Source of the DNA: Candidatus Cloacimonadota bacterium
Lineage (GTDB): Bacteria > Cloacimonadota > Cloacimonadia > G963667145
Direction of reading: 5' to 3'
Assembly: GCA_963676615.1 (NCBI GenBank)
Contig: OY781092.1
Location: forward strand, 973,745-1,037,744
DNA: 64,000 bases
Shown here: positions 47,256 through 56,271 of the stretch, piece by piece
Numbering within the stretch: the stretch's first letter is position 1
Layout: each line of letters opens with the position of its first letter
Position numbers and translations under genes: made by a program
Notes under the pieces: model-generated
The model's input: the letters and a program-made list of their open reading frames with translations, nothing else
The model's database searches: none
Told to the model about the DNA's origin: nothing

Positions 47256-50200
47256 TTACACTCTCTCCACTTGCAAATAAATCTCAAGCCCGTTGATATC
47301 CCACTTTTGCATCCCCTGGCTAGAGTCCGCGCGCTCAAAACAGTCCGCCAAAGTCTCCTTTTTCAAATCCTCCAAATATCCAGCCAGCATCTGCGCCAAA
47401 TCCTCGCTGTAAAAATACCGCACCCGAATTCTATCCATCACCTGAAACCCAGAATTTTTCCGCGTAAACTGAATCTTGTTGATCAGCTCGCGGGCATACC
47501 CCTCGGCAATCAGCTCGTCCGACAGCTCCGTCTGCAGCGCCACAAAAAAATCGCCACCACTCTCCACCTGATAACCCACAAGGCTCTGAAGCTCCAGCGT
47601 CAAATCGTCCTTGTCCAGCCGATACTCTGCTTCCTCCAGCCGCACCGCAAAATCTTCGCCCTTGGCAAAAGCGCTCTGAATCGCCGCAACATCCGCCGAC
47701 TGCAAAAAATCTTGCAAAGCTTTCATCTGCTTGCCCACTTTCTTGCCCACATTCTTAAAATTCGGCTTAGCAAAATACGACACAAAATCTTCGTCCACAA
47801 AATCGACCTTTTTGATGTTAATCTCCTCCAAAATAAGCTCCTGCATCCCAGCAACCACGCTCTGCAACTTCTTGGGCAACTTAATTTGGGCAAGCGGCTG
47901 TCGCACCTTGAGCCCAGCATTATTCCGCGCAAATCGTCCCAGCGACACCACCTGAATGACCGTATCCATCTGCTTTTCCAGCTCCAAATCGATGGCAGCC
48001 AAATCACTCTTTGGAAAAGCCGCCAAATGCACCGACTCTTCGCCCGTGAGGCTACAATAAATATGATCCGCCAAAAACGGCGAAACTGGCGCAATCAGCT
48101 GCGTGAGCCGTGTCAAAACGGTCTGCAAAGTGTAATACGCATCCTTTTTATCATCGCTAAGCTCAAACGACCAAAACCGTTCCCGCGAGCGCCGAACATA
48201 CCAATTTGAAAGCTCCTCGCACGCAAAATTCTGAATCGCACGCACCGCCTTGGTCAAATCGTAGGCGTCCATCCGATCCTGCACATACGCAATCAAACCG
48301 TTGAGCTTGGAAAAAATCCAGCGGTCGATACTCGCGCTCACCTCCCGCGGCTTCTCGACTTTGTAACCGTCGATATTCGCATAAGTCGCAAAAAACGAAT
48401 AAACATTTTTGAGCGTGCCAAAAAATTTACCAGCCACCTCTTTCACGCCGCTAGCATCAAACTTCGTCGGCACCCACGGCGGACTGCCCGCCAAAAGATA
48501 CCACCGCACAGCGTCCGCTCCAAACTCGTCCATCACCTCAAACGGATTGACCGTGTTACCCTTGGACTTGCTCATCTTTTTGCCATTTTTATCCAAAATC
48601 AAATCGTTCACCAGCACATTTTTGTAAGGCGTTTGCCCTTTGATTATCGTCGAAATCGCCAGCAGAGAATAAAACCAGCCTCTTGTCTGGTCGATACCCT
48701 CACAAATAAAATCGGCAGGAAAAAGCTCGTCGAAATTTTCTTTGTTCTCAAACGGATAATGATGCTGGGCAAACGGCATCGCACCGCTGTCAAACCAGCA
48801 ATCTATCACCTGCGGCACTCGATGCATCACGCCGCCGCATTTTGGACACTCCAGCACAATATCGTCCACAAACGGCTTGTGCAACTCTGGATTTTCTGGC
48901 ACCGCAGAACCGTCGGAAGCCAGCCGTCCTTTCGCACGCAAATCAGCCTTTGAGCCGACACTTTCTTGAGCAGCACAATCATCGCAAACCCAAACATTCA
49001 GCGGAGTCCCCCAAAAACGATCCCGCGAAATCGCCCAATCCGTATTATTCTCCAGCCAAGAACCAAAACGCCCTTCGCCCACAAACGCAGGCGCCCAGTT
49101 GACCTTTTTATTCTCCGCAATCATTTTGTCTTTATAGTCGGTCGTCTTGATATACCAGCTCATCCGCGCGTAATACAAAAGCGGGCTATCGCAGCGCCAG
49201 CAGAAAGGATAGGAGTGTTTAAAACTCTCTTTCTTCAGAAACAAACCGCGCTCCTTGAGCGAAATCACGATCTGCTTCTCGACCTCCTTATCCTTGACAA
49301 AATATCCCTCCAACATCGGAAAATTCGCGTTATACTTGCCATCTTCGCCCACGGTATGCACCAGCGGAATGCCATTTTTTTTGCACACCTGATAATCGTC
49401 CTCACCATACATCCCCGCAGTATGCACAATCCCAGTTCCGTCCTCGGTCGTCACAAAATCGCCCGCGTAAATCTTATGCGAGTTCTCGTTCTGCAAACTC
49501 TCCACCGCAAAAAGCGGCTCGTACTCTTGCCCCAAAAGCGCATCGCCCTTGAACTCCTGCACGATTTTATACTCATCGTCCAGCACCTTCAGCAAATTTT
49601 TCGCCAAAATATAAAACTCGCCCTGGCACTCAACCTTCACATAATCGATCTGCGCTCCAACCACCAAAGCCACATTCCCCGCAAGCGTCCACGGCGTCGT
49701 CGTCCACGCCAAAAAATAGGTGTTCGCCTGATCTTTTTTGCGAAATTTGATAAAAACCGACGACTCGCTAACATCTTTATAACCAAGAGCCACCTCGTGC
49801 GAAGACAGCGGCGTCCCGCATTTCGGGCAAAACGGCACGACCTTGTGTCCCTGATACAAAAGCCCCTTTTCCCACATCTGCTGCAGTAGCCACCAAACCG
49901 ACTCTATATAATCGTTGTCCAGCGTGATATACGGATTGTCCAAATCGATTTCGTAGCCCATCTGCTGCGTCATCTTCCGCCACAACTTCTCGTAGCTAAA
50001 AACCGACTCGCGGCACTTTTGGTTAAACTCCTGCACGCCATAATCCAAAATCTTCTTCCGATCGTCCAACCCCAGCTGCTTCTGCACCTCAATCTCCACA
50101 GGCAAACCGTGCGTATCCCAGCCGGCCTTTCGCTTCACACGAAAACCCTGCATCGTCTTATATCGACACACCGTATCCTTGATCGAGCGCGCCATCACAT

Positions 50201-50366
50201 GATGAATTCCGGGCTTGCCGTTGGCAGTAGGAGGTCCCTCAAAAAAGATAAAATCTTCGCTTCCCTTGGCACTGCTCTTGCCCAAAATATCTATCTGCTC
50301 CCATTTTTTCGCCACTTCCGCCTCAATCCTAGCGCTCTTTTTTTTGGGATCAATCGGTTCATACAT
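47256..50366 (-). CDS. ileS: Isoleucine--tRNA ligase
   Basis: A 1036-aa protein with HIGH (PTANGKPGIHH) and KMSKS (KMSKSKGN) motifs, an editing domain and Zn-finger Cys residues. Confidence 0.9.
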   Translation of the reverse strand: MYEPIDPKKKSARIEAEVAKKWEQIDILGKSSAKGSEDFIFFEGPPTANGKPGIHHVMARSIKDTVCRYKTMQGFRVKRKAGWDTHGLPVEIEVQKQLGLDDRKKILDYGVQEFNQKCRESVFSYEKLWRKMTQQMGYEIDLDNPYITLDNDYIESVWWLLQQMWEKGLLYQGHKVVPFCPKCGTPLSSHEVALGYKDVSESSVFIKFRKKDQANTYFLAWTTTPWTLAGNVALVVGAQIDYVKVECQGEFYILAKNLLKVLDDEYKIVQEFKGDALLGQEYEPLFAVESLQNENSHKIYAGDFVTTEDGTGIVHTAGMYGEDDYQVCKKNGIPLVHTVGEDGKYNANFPMLEGYFVKDKEVEKQIVISLKERGLFLKKESFKHSYPFCWRCDSPLLYYARMSWYIKTTDYKDKMIAENKKVNWAPAFVGEGRFGSWLENNTDWAISRDRFWGTPLNVWVCDDCAAQESVGSKADLRAKGRLASDGSAVPENPELHKPFVDDIVLECPKCGGVMHRVPQVIDCWFDSGAMPFAQHHYPFENKENFDELFPADFICEGIDQTRGWFYSLLAISTIIKGQTPYKNVLVNDLILDKNGKKMSKSKGNTVNPFEVMDEFGADAVRWYLLAGSPPWVPTKFDASGVKEVAGKFFGTLKNVYSFFATYANIDGYKVEKPREVSASIDRWIFSKLNGLIAYVQDRMDAYDLTKAVRAIQNFACEELSNWYVRRSRERFWSFELSDDKKDAYYTLQTVLTRLTQLIAPVSPFLADHIYCSLTGEESVHLAAFPKSDLAAIDLELEKQMDTVIQVVSLGRFARNNAGLKVRQPLAQIKLPKKLQSVVAGMQELILEEINIKKVDFVDEDFVSYFAKPNFKNVGKKVGKQMKALQDFLQSADVAAIQSAFAKGEDFAVRLEEAEYRLDKDDLTLELQSLVGYQVESGGDFFVALQTELSDELIAEGYARELINKIQFTRKNSGFQVMDRIRVRYFYSEDLAQMLAGYLEDLKKETLADCFERADSSQGMQKWDINGLEIYLQVERV

Positions 50367-51272
50367 TGCAATCCTCCTGCTTTTCCAAACAAAATTTCTT
50401 CACATTAAAACTTTCGTCTCTTCATTTCTGTCAAGAGTTGTTTTGGCGCTACAAGAGAATTTCTCCCAAAAGCGTTACTTTTATTCAGCATTTTTTTATT
50501 GGTCTTGACACAAATAGAGAAATTTATCGAATTGGGAAAAGGTTAGAAAAGGGAATAAATGGACAAAATGTTGGATATAACACCAAATTGGAAGGCTAAA
50601 CGATATGTGGAGTTTGGTTAGTTGTGATAAAACATTTAAGGAGACTGACATAACTATGAATGGATTCCAAAGACCTGCACCAAAAACGAGAGATTCAATA
50701 AAAAATTTTTGCAAATCAATAGATTGTGAAGTTGGGGCACAAACAATTAATAGCATAATAGAATAATCAGACCTAATTTAGTGATTTTTGTGTCAAAATT
50801 TTCTTGGGACAAATTAAGGTGCAAAATTCCAAAATCAGAATTAAAGGTGAAATATGACTTTGTTTGTCATCCAGGAACAGGCGGTCTTTATTGGCATAAT
50901 AAGAATTATAATCACGGTGTGAAAAAATTTAAATCATTATATAGAAGAGAAAATAATAAAGCCCTCAAATAACATTTTGTATAAGTAATGGCAAGCAATG
51001 TGGTAAATATTAAGGCTTGTAGCCCGATCAAACTACGTAGCGGTTTAATAGGTTTGCTCTCCGAAATGCCAAACATTTCATATACTCACCGTTAGGCATA
51101 AGCTAAAAAAAACAGCGAATATAAAATATAAACTAAGAATTATTAAAAAAATCAATGCACAAACACACATTTAGTTTTGCCGACCAGAAAACCAAACCCT
51201 GAAAAACCCAAAGAGCTATTTTTTAGCCAGCGCACGAAAAATAATTATAAATTTGTAATTAAAGAGTTTAAA

Positions 51273-53465
51273 ATGAGTATAGAACAAGGAATTAATTCCA
51301 TACGAGAAAGTAATAAAAAGGTTGAAACTCAACAATGGTTTCAAAAACTTATTCAGACAGATGAATATGTTGGTGATTTGTATTCCATAAACTATGAAAC
51401 TGCGCGAGTAATAATTCATGACTTCTACAGAGAAAAAGTAGGAGGAATTCCAAGTTTGAGTTTCTTAATTGCTTCAAGAGTTGACCCAAATAATTCAGAA
51501 ATTGACTTTAAAACAGAGGATGCATCATTTATTCTTTTAAGAGTAATGGATGCAGCTGCACTTCCACAAGACAGAGAAGCTGAAAGAATTAGAGTTGAAA
51601 CAGCACAAAGAATAAGTGGTGAAACTGAAAAAAATTGGGATGAAGCAGGTTCAATGGATTTAAGAACAAAAAATCTGTTAAGTTTTGCTGGTGTGCAATG
51701 CAGAATAATCGGAACATTTTATCTCGAAGAAAATGGACAAAATGGAGAAGCACCACTTAATTTAAAATTCGGTAGTGACATTTCAAATTATTATCCAAAC
51801 AGAGGATTAAAAGTTTATAAACCAAATGGAAAGGCTCTTGAGTTAATTGTAAATTATTCTGACCCTTCAAATATTCAAGCACACATTGAAAAATATGGAA
51901 ATACAGAAAATGTAAAATTGGGTTTTGTAAGATATGCTTCAACAAATAGGAAATATCAGCAAATTGATGATGTCCCTGTTTATATTTATCCAGCAGACCT
52001 TCTATCTCAAAAATCTGCCTTGTTTGGAATGACAAGAACAGGGAAATCCAATACTACTAAAATAATTGCGAAATCTGTTTTTGAATTACGAAATGCACAA
52101 CAGTCTGGAGAAAAGCCATTAAGAATTGGGCAAATAATTTTTGACCCTAACGGTGAATATGCAAATGAAAACACACAGGATAAGGATGGCAGTGGAAATC
52201 CAAATGCACTCAAAAATATTTGGAAAAAAAACGAAACTTTAAAAAATGTAGCTGATAACTTAAAACAACAATATATCCAAGAGAAAGACATTGAAGATAA
52301 AAAAAGACTATGGAATGAAATTAAGACGTTGATTGATTCTGAAGTGGTTACTTTTGGTATTTTACCTCATCCAAATGATCCTGGCAGGAAGAGAATGCTA
52401 CTAAATTTCTATCTTGATGATAATTTACCTATTGGTAAAGAAATTATAAATTCTCTTTTGTCTGACGATACCACAATATATATAAAGAATTTTTTGCAGG
52501 TAAATTTGGAAAAACCTGACGAAAATGATAAGAGTGCAATGACAAGATATAAGAGAAGAGTTTTAGCATATCGTTCAGTTCTTGCACGAGCAGGTTTTCC
52601 TGTACCAGAAAAATTTAATGTTTCAGTAAAAAGTTTGTTTAATAAGGATTTATTGAATGCGATGGAAAATAGTAAAAGTGATAATTCGGTAGAATATAAA
52701 TCTGGGGCAAAAGTTTTTAAAGAAGAGAATCCTACTTTGCAACAATTAGCTGGTGCATTTGAATCACTTGATAAATTTATTCGCGAAAATAAAGAATACA
52801 AAATTTTTGAAACTGATTATGTTCAAAATTCAAAATCAGGTAATGCTTGGGCGGATGAGGATTTGAAAAAAATTATTGGGATTTTCCAATATCCAAATGG
52901 TACACGAAAAATTGGTAAAGCAGTAGAGCAACATAGTGCTGATACAACATGTGACTATGCAGATGATATTTATAATGATTTAAAAAACGGGAAACTTGTA
53001 ATTATTGATCAGTCAAGTGGAGATTCAGAGTTAAATGAGTCTTCAGCAAAAAGAGTGATGAAAAAAATATTTGATGAAAATAAAAATCTTTTTACATTGG
53101 GGAAAATTCCCCCCGATATAATGGTATATGTTGAAGAGGCACATAATATTTTACCATCTGATAAAGAAAAAGACTTAAAAGACATTTGGGTAAGAACAGC
53201 AAAAGAAGGAGCTAAATTGCATATAGGACTTGTTTACGCTACCCAAGAAGTAAGTAGTATTCAAAGAAATATTTTAAAAAATACAGCGAATTGGTTTATA
53301 AGCCATTTAAACAATACAGATGAAACCAAAGAACTCTGCAAGTACTATGACTTTGCAGACTTTGAACCGTCAATAAGGCGAGCACAGGATAAGGGCTTTT
53401 TAAGAGTTAAAACATTAAGCAATCTGTTTGTAATTCCTGTTCAAGTTGACAAATTTGAGGTTTAA
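51273..53465 (+). CDS. HerA/DUF87-family P-loop ATPase (FtsK-HerA superfamily)
   Basis: Walker A is FGMTRTGKSNTTK, followed by DPNGEY. Walker B is IMVYVEEAHNIL and the sensor motif is YATQEV. The N-terminal roughly 250 aa look like a HAS-barrel. The gene is very AT-rich. The start is chosen at MSIEQG (ATG 51273). Confidence 0.65.
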   Translation: MSIEQGINSIRESNKKVETQQWFQKLIQTDEYVGDLYSINYETARVIIHDFYREKVGGIPSLSFLIASRVDPNNSEIDFKTEDASFILLRVMDAAALPQDREAERIRVETAQRISGETEKNWDEAGSMDLRTKNLLSFAGVQCRIIGTFYLEENGQNGEAPLNLKFGSDISNYYPNRGLKVYKPNGKALELIVNYSDPSNIQAHIEKYGNTENVKLGFVRYASTNRKYQQIDDVPVYIYPADLLSQKSALFGMTRTGKSNTTKIIAKSVFELRNAQQSGEKPLRIGQIIFDPNGEYANENTQDKDGSGNPNALKNIWKKNETLKNVADNLKQQYIQEKDIEDKKRLWNEIKTLIDSEVVTFGILPHPNDPGRKRMLLNFYLDDNLPIGKEIINSLLSDDTTIYIKNFLQVNLEKPDENDKSAMTRYKRRVLAYRSVLARAGFPVPEKFNVSVKSLFNKDLLNAMENSKSDNSVEYKSGAKVFKEENPTLQQLAGAFESLDKFIRENKEYKIFETDYVQNSKSGNAWADEDLKKIIGIFQYPNGTRKIGKAVEQHSADTTCDYADDIYNDLKNGKLVIIDQSSGDSELNESSAKRVMKKIFDENKNLFTLGKIPPDIMVYVEEAHNILPSDKEKDLKDIWVRTAKEGAKLHIGLVYATQEVSSIQRNILKNTANWFISHLNNTDETKELCKYYDFADFEPSIRRAQDKGFLRVKTLSNLFVIPVQVDKFEV

Positions 53466-53476
53466 ACAGTATTTAT

Positions 53477-54865
53477 ATGGGATTTGAAGGAGAATTTGCC
53501 AGTTATGAGCCATTAAGGCGAATGCTTGATAGTGATAAAGTTAAATCACTCCAAGACAGACTGAAAATACGAAAACAAGAAGAAGAAACAGATACTTTTA
53601 CTGGCTCAATTGTTAAAAAGTCAGACTTGACTGAAAGTTCAATTCAACCAGATTTAGTTTTAGCTATTGATGGAAGTAATTTAGTGGCTAAAGCTGAAAA
53701 TGGTTTCCCAGGTGCAGAATTTGGTTATATTACAATAGCTTCTGTTTTAATAGATTTAAAGTTAATAGACAATTTAGAAAAGAAAAAGTTTATTGATCCA
53801 AAAAAAGTTAGAGAAACTGAAAAGGCATCAACAATAGAAAGTGTTTTTCCTGGGTGCAATGTAATATTAGATAACGAAAAAAATGCAAAAGCTTCAATTC
53901 GAAGAGCATTATTTGAAGAATTAAAAAGCAATACAATATTTGCGAATGGCGGAGAAACCTTATTGGGTACATACGAATATTTGTTCAGAATAAAGAGGGA
54001 ATATTTCTCCGAAATCCGCCTTCCAAGAAGCCCTATTGATGGTATTGATGATGAAATGACTTATGGATATGGTGAATATAATTGCCCTCATTCAGGAGAA
54101 AAACTATACTCAACTGATGCTTTGCGCTTACACGAATTAATGAATCCTGGTGGAACTAATGGAGAAATGTTTGGGCAAATAATGTCAACTCTTGAAAAAC
54201 TTTGGTTAGTTCACATACTTAGAGCCTTTGAACAAAAAAAATGGTTGTCAACACTTCGGAGAGTAGCATTTATTATGGATGGGCCATTAGCTGTATTTAG
54301 TACTTCATCATGGTTAACTAAAGTAATTAATTATGAATTAAATAGACTAAATGATTTGCAGAAAGCAGTTAACGGTCAGGATTTATTAATTATCGGTATT
54401 GAAAAATCAGGGACATTCGTAAATCATTTCGAGGAAATTGATACGACTAAAGATGGAGTTAGAGATAAATTCCCTAAACAATCAGCATTACTTCTTGATG
54501 ATGGATATATAAAAAGAAATATTATTTTTTCTGAAAGCATAAAACCATATGGTCAGGACACCTATTTTGGAAGGAAAATATTTTATAAAACTGCCTCTGG
54601 ACAAAAAATAGTTGCTGCAACTGCATTTTTGAGAAGCTTTTCTTCAGATAAAGAATTTTCCGAATATTTAGATTCTAGTAATCCTGTTAATTTTTCAAGA
54701 CTTCCAGATGTTATGAATTTACTTGATAAATTGGTTTCAAGTAGATACCCAAATTCCGTTTCACCTTTAGTATCAGCTCATGCAGAAGCAGCAATTCCTT
54801 TAAATTTAGGTAAACGTATATTTGAGGATATTGCAAGAGAAATAAGAGAAAATTCAAAACTATGA
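53477..54865 (+). CDS. NurA-like nuclease (RNase-H-like fold)
   Basis: It has LVLAIDGSNL near the N-terminus (catalytic-Asp motif) and later FIMDGPLAV. At 462 aa it lies immediately downstream of the HerA-like gene. Confidence 0.5.
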   Translation: MGFEGEFASYEPLRRMLDSDKVKSLQDRLKIRKQEEETDTFTGSIVKKSDLTESSIQPDLVLAIDGSNLVAKAENGFPGAEFGYITIASVLIDLKLIDNLEKKKFIDPKKVRETEKASTIESVFPGCNVILDNEKNAKASIRRALFEELKSNTIFANGGETLLGTYEYLFRIKREYFSEIRLPRSPIDGIDDEMTYGYGEYNCPHSGEKLYSTDALRLHELMNPGGTNGEMFGQIMSTLEKLWLVHILRAFEQKKWLSTLRRVAFIMDGPLAVFSTSSWLTKVINYELNRLNDLQKAVNGQDLLIIGIEKSGTFVNHFEEIDTTKDGVRDKFPKQSALLLDDGYIKRNIIFSESIKPYGQDTYFGRKIFYKTASGQKIVAATAFLRSFSSDKEFSEYLDSSNPVNFSRLPDVMNLLDKLVSSRYPNSVSPLVSAHAEAAIPLNLGKRIFEDIAREIRENSKL

Positions 54866-55989
54866 TAGTTTTAAATGATGTTTTAAAAGGGCGTAGTACT
54901 GCAGAAGCACGATGGGCAAGATTTGGTCCATATTATGCGATGTTTCCTGTAGATTTTGCTTTTGAAGTTGTTCAAAAATATTCAAAAGAGGGTGATTATA
55001 TAATAGATCCTTTTGCTGGAAGATGCAGTAGTATATATGCTGGGGGTGTTCTTGGTCGAGTTAGTTTAGGAATTGAAATTAATCCAGTTGGATGGCTTTT
55101 TGGAAAAGTAAAACTTCGACCTGCAAAAAAAGATCTTGTAATTGCAAGGTTGCTTGAGATTTATAAAAAAAGAGATTGTTATAGTTTAGCAATTGAAAAA
55201 ATGCTTGAATTTTATCGTATTTGTTATTGTGATGAGGTTTTAAAATTTTTATTAGCAGCAAGAGAAAATCTTGATTGGGAAAATAACAGTATTGATGCTT
55301 CCCTTATGTCTATTCTTTTGGTTTACTTACATGGTAAATTAGGAGAAGGCTTGTCAAATCAAATGAGAATGACAAAATCAATGGGAATGAACTATTCTGT
55401 TAAGTGGTGGAAGAAGAATGGTTTTATAAATCCGCCTGAAATTAATCCTTATGAATTTATTCTTAAGAAGATTGAATGGAGGTATGAAAAAGGTACACCA
55501 AGTATTACTGAAAGTGATGTTGTTTTTGGAGATAGCACTATTGAATTAAAAAAAATTGTCCAAAGAGCAGAGAGAAATAATATAAAATTTTCTTTACTTT
55601 TTACATCTCCGCCTTATTATTCAATTACGAATTATCATGCTGATCAATGGCTTAGAATATGGCTTTTAGGTGGGGCAGAAAATCCTCATTCATTTAATGC
55701 CAAATATAAAGGACGCTTTGGAAATAAACAAGAATATTATAATTTGCTTGATAGTGTATTTGGATATTCTTCTAAATTAATGGGGAAAGATAGTGCAATT
55801 TATGTTCGCACAGATAAAAGAGAATTTACTTTTAATTCAACTTTAGAAATATTAAAAAAACATTTTCCACATCATAAAATACAACTTATTGAAAAACCAC
55901 TGGATAATAATACTAAAACACAAACTAAATTATATGGAGATAAATCAATAAAGCCAGGGGAAGTAGATATAATATTGACAATAAAGTAA
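54862..55989 (+). CDS. DNA methyltransferase (N6-adenine / N4-cytosine type, SPPY motif)
   Basis: It has the SAM motif IIDPFAGRCSS and later the catalytic LLFTSPPYYSITNY. Its start overlaps the stop of the NurA-like gene (ATGA). Confidence 0.65.
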   Translation: MIVLNDVLKGRSTAEARWARFGPYYAMFPVDFAFEVVQKYSKEGDYIIDPFAGRCSSIYAGGVLGRVSLGIEINPVGWLFGKVKLRPAKKDLVIARLLEIYKKRDCYSLAIEKMLEFYRICYCDEVLKFLLAARENLDWENNSIDASLMSILLVYLHGKLGEGLSNQMRMTKSMGMNYSVKWWKKNGFINPPEINPYEFILKKIEWRYEKGTPSITESDVVFGDSTIELKKIVQRAERNNIKFSLLFTSPPYYSITNYHADQWLRIWLLGGAENPHSFNAKYKGRFGNKQEYYNLLDSVFGYSSKLMGKDSAIYVRTDKREFTFNSTLEILKKHFPHHKIQLIEKPLDNNTKTQTKLYGDKSIKPGEVDIILTIK

Positions 55990-56271
55990 AGTCAATGCTA
56001 AAGCCAATCACATTTGCAATTCACACAGACCACCTCTTGACCCAAAATTGCAAAAGAATATTTCTCACCAATGCACCGTAGAAAGTGAAAATAGTAGCAA
56101 ATTTGAAAGATAAAATGATTGCTCTAAAAGAAATTAGAAAAGGTTCAAGACAACATTACAAGTGTTAGACACAAGCTAGCTGTCTTGACCCAAAAAACCT
56201 TCTCTTCAATAAAAAAAGAGCCTCCAAAAAAATGAAGACTCTTTAAGTTTTTTAAGATTTTAAAATCAGCT

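Noticed and set aside
46914-48209. 431-aa plus-strand ORF inside ileS
   Set aside because: Antisense to a highly conserved 1036-aa IleS reading frame. The composition is typical of out-of-frame translation.
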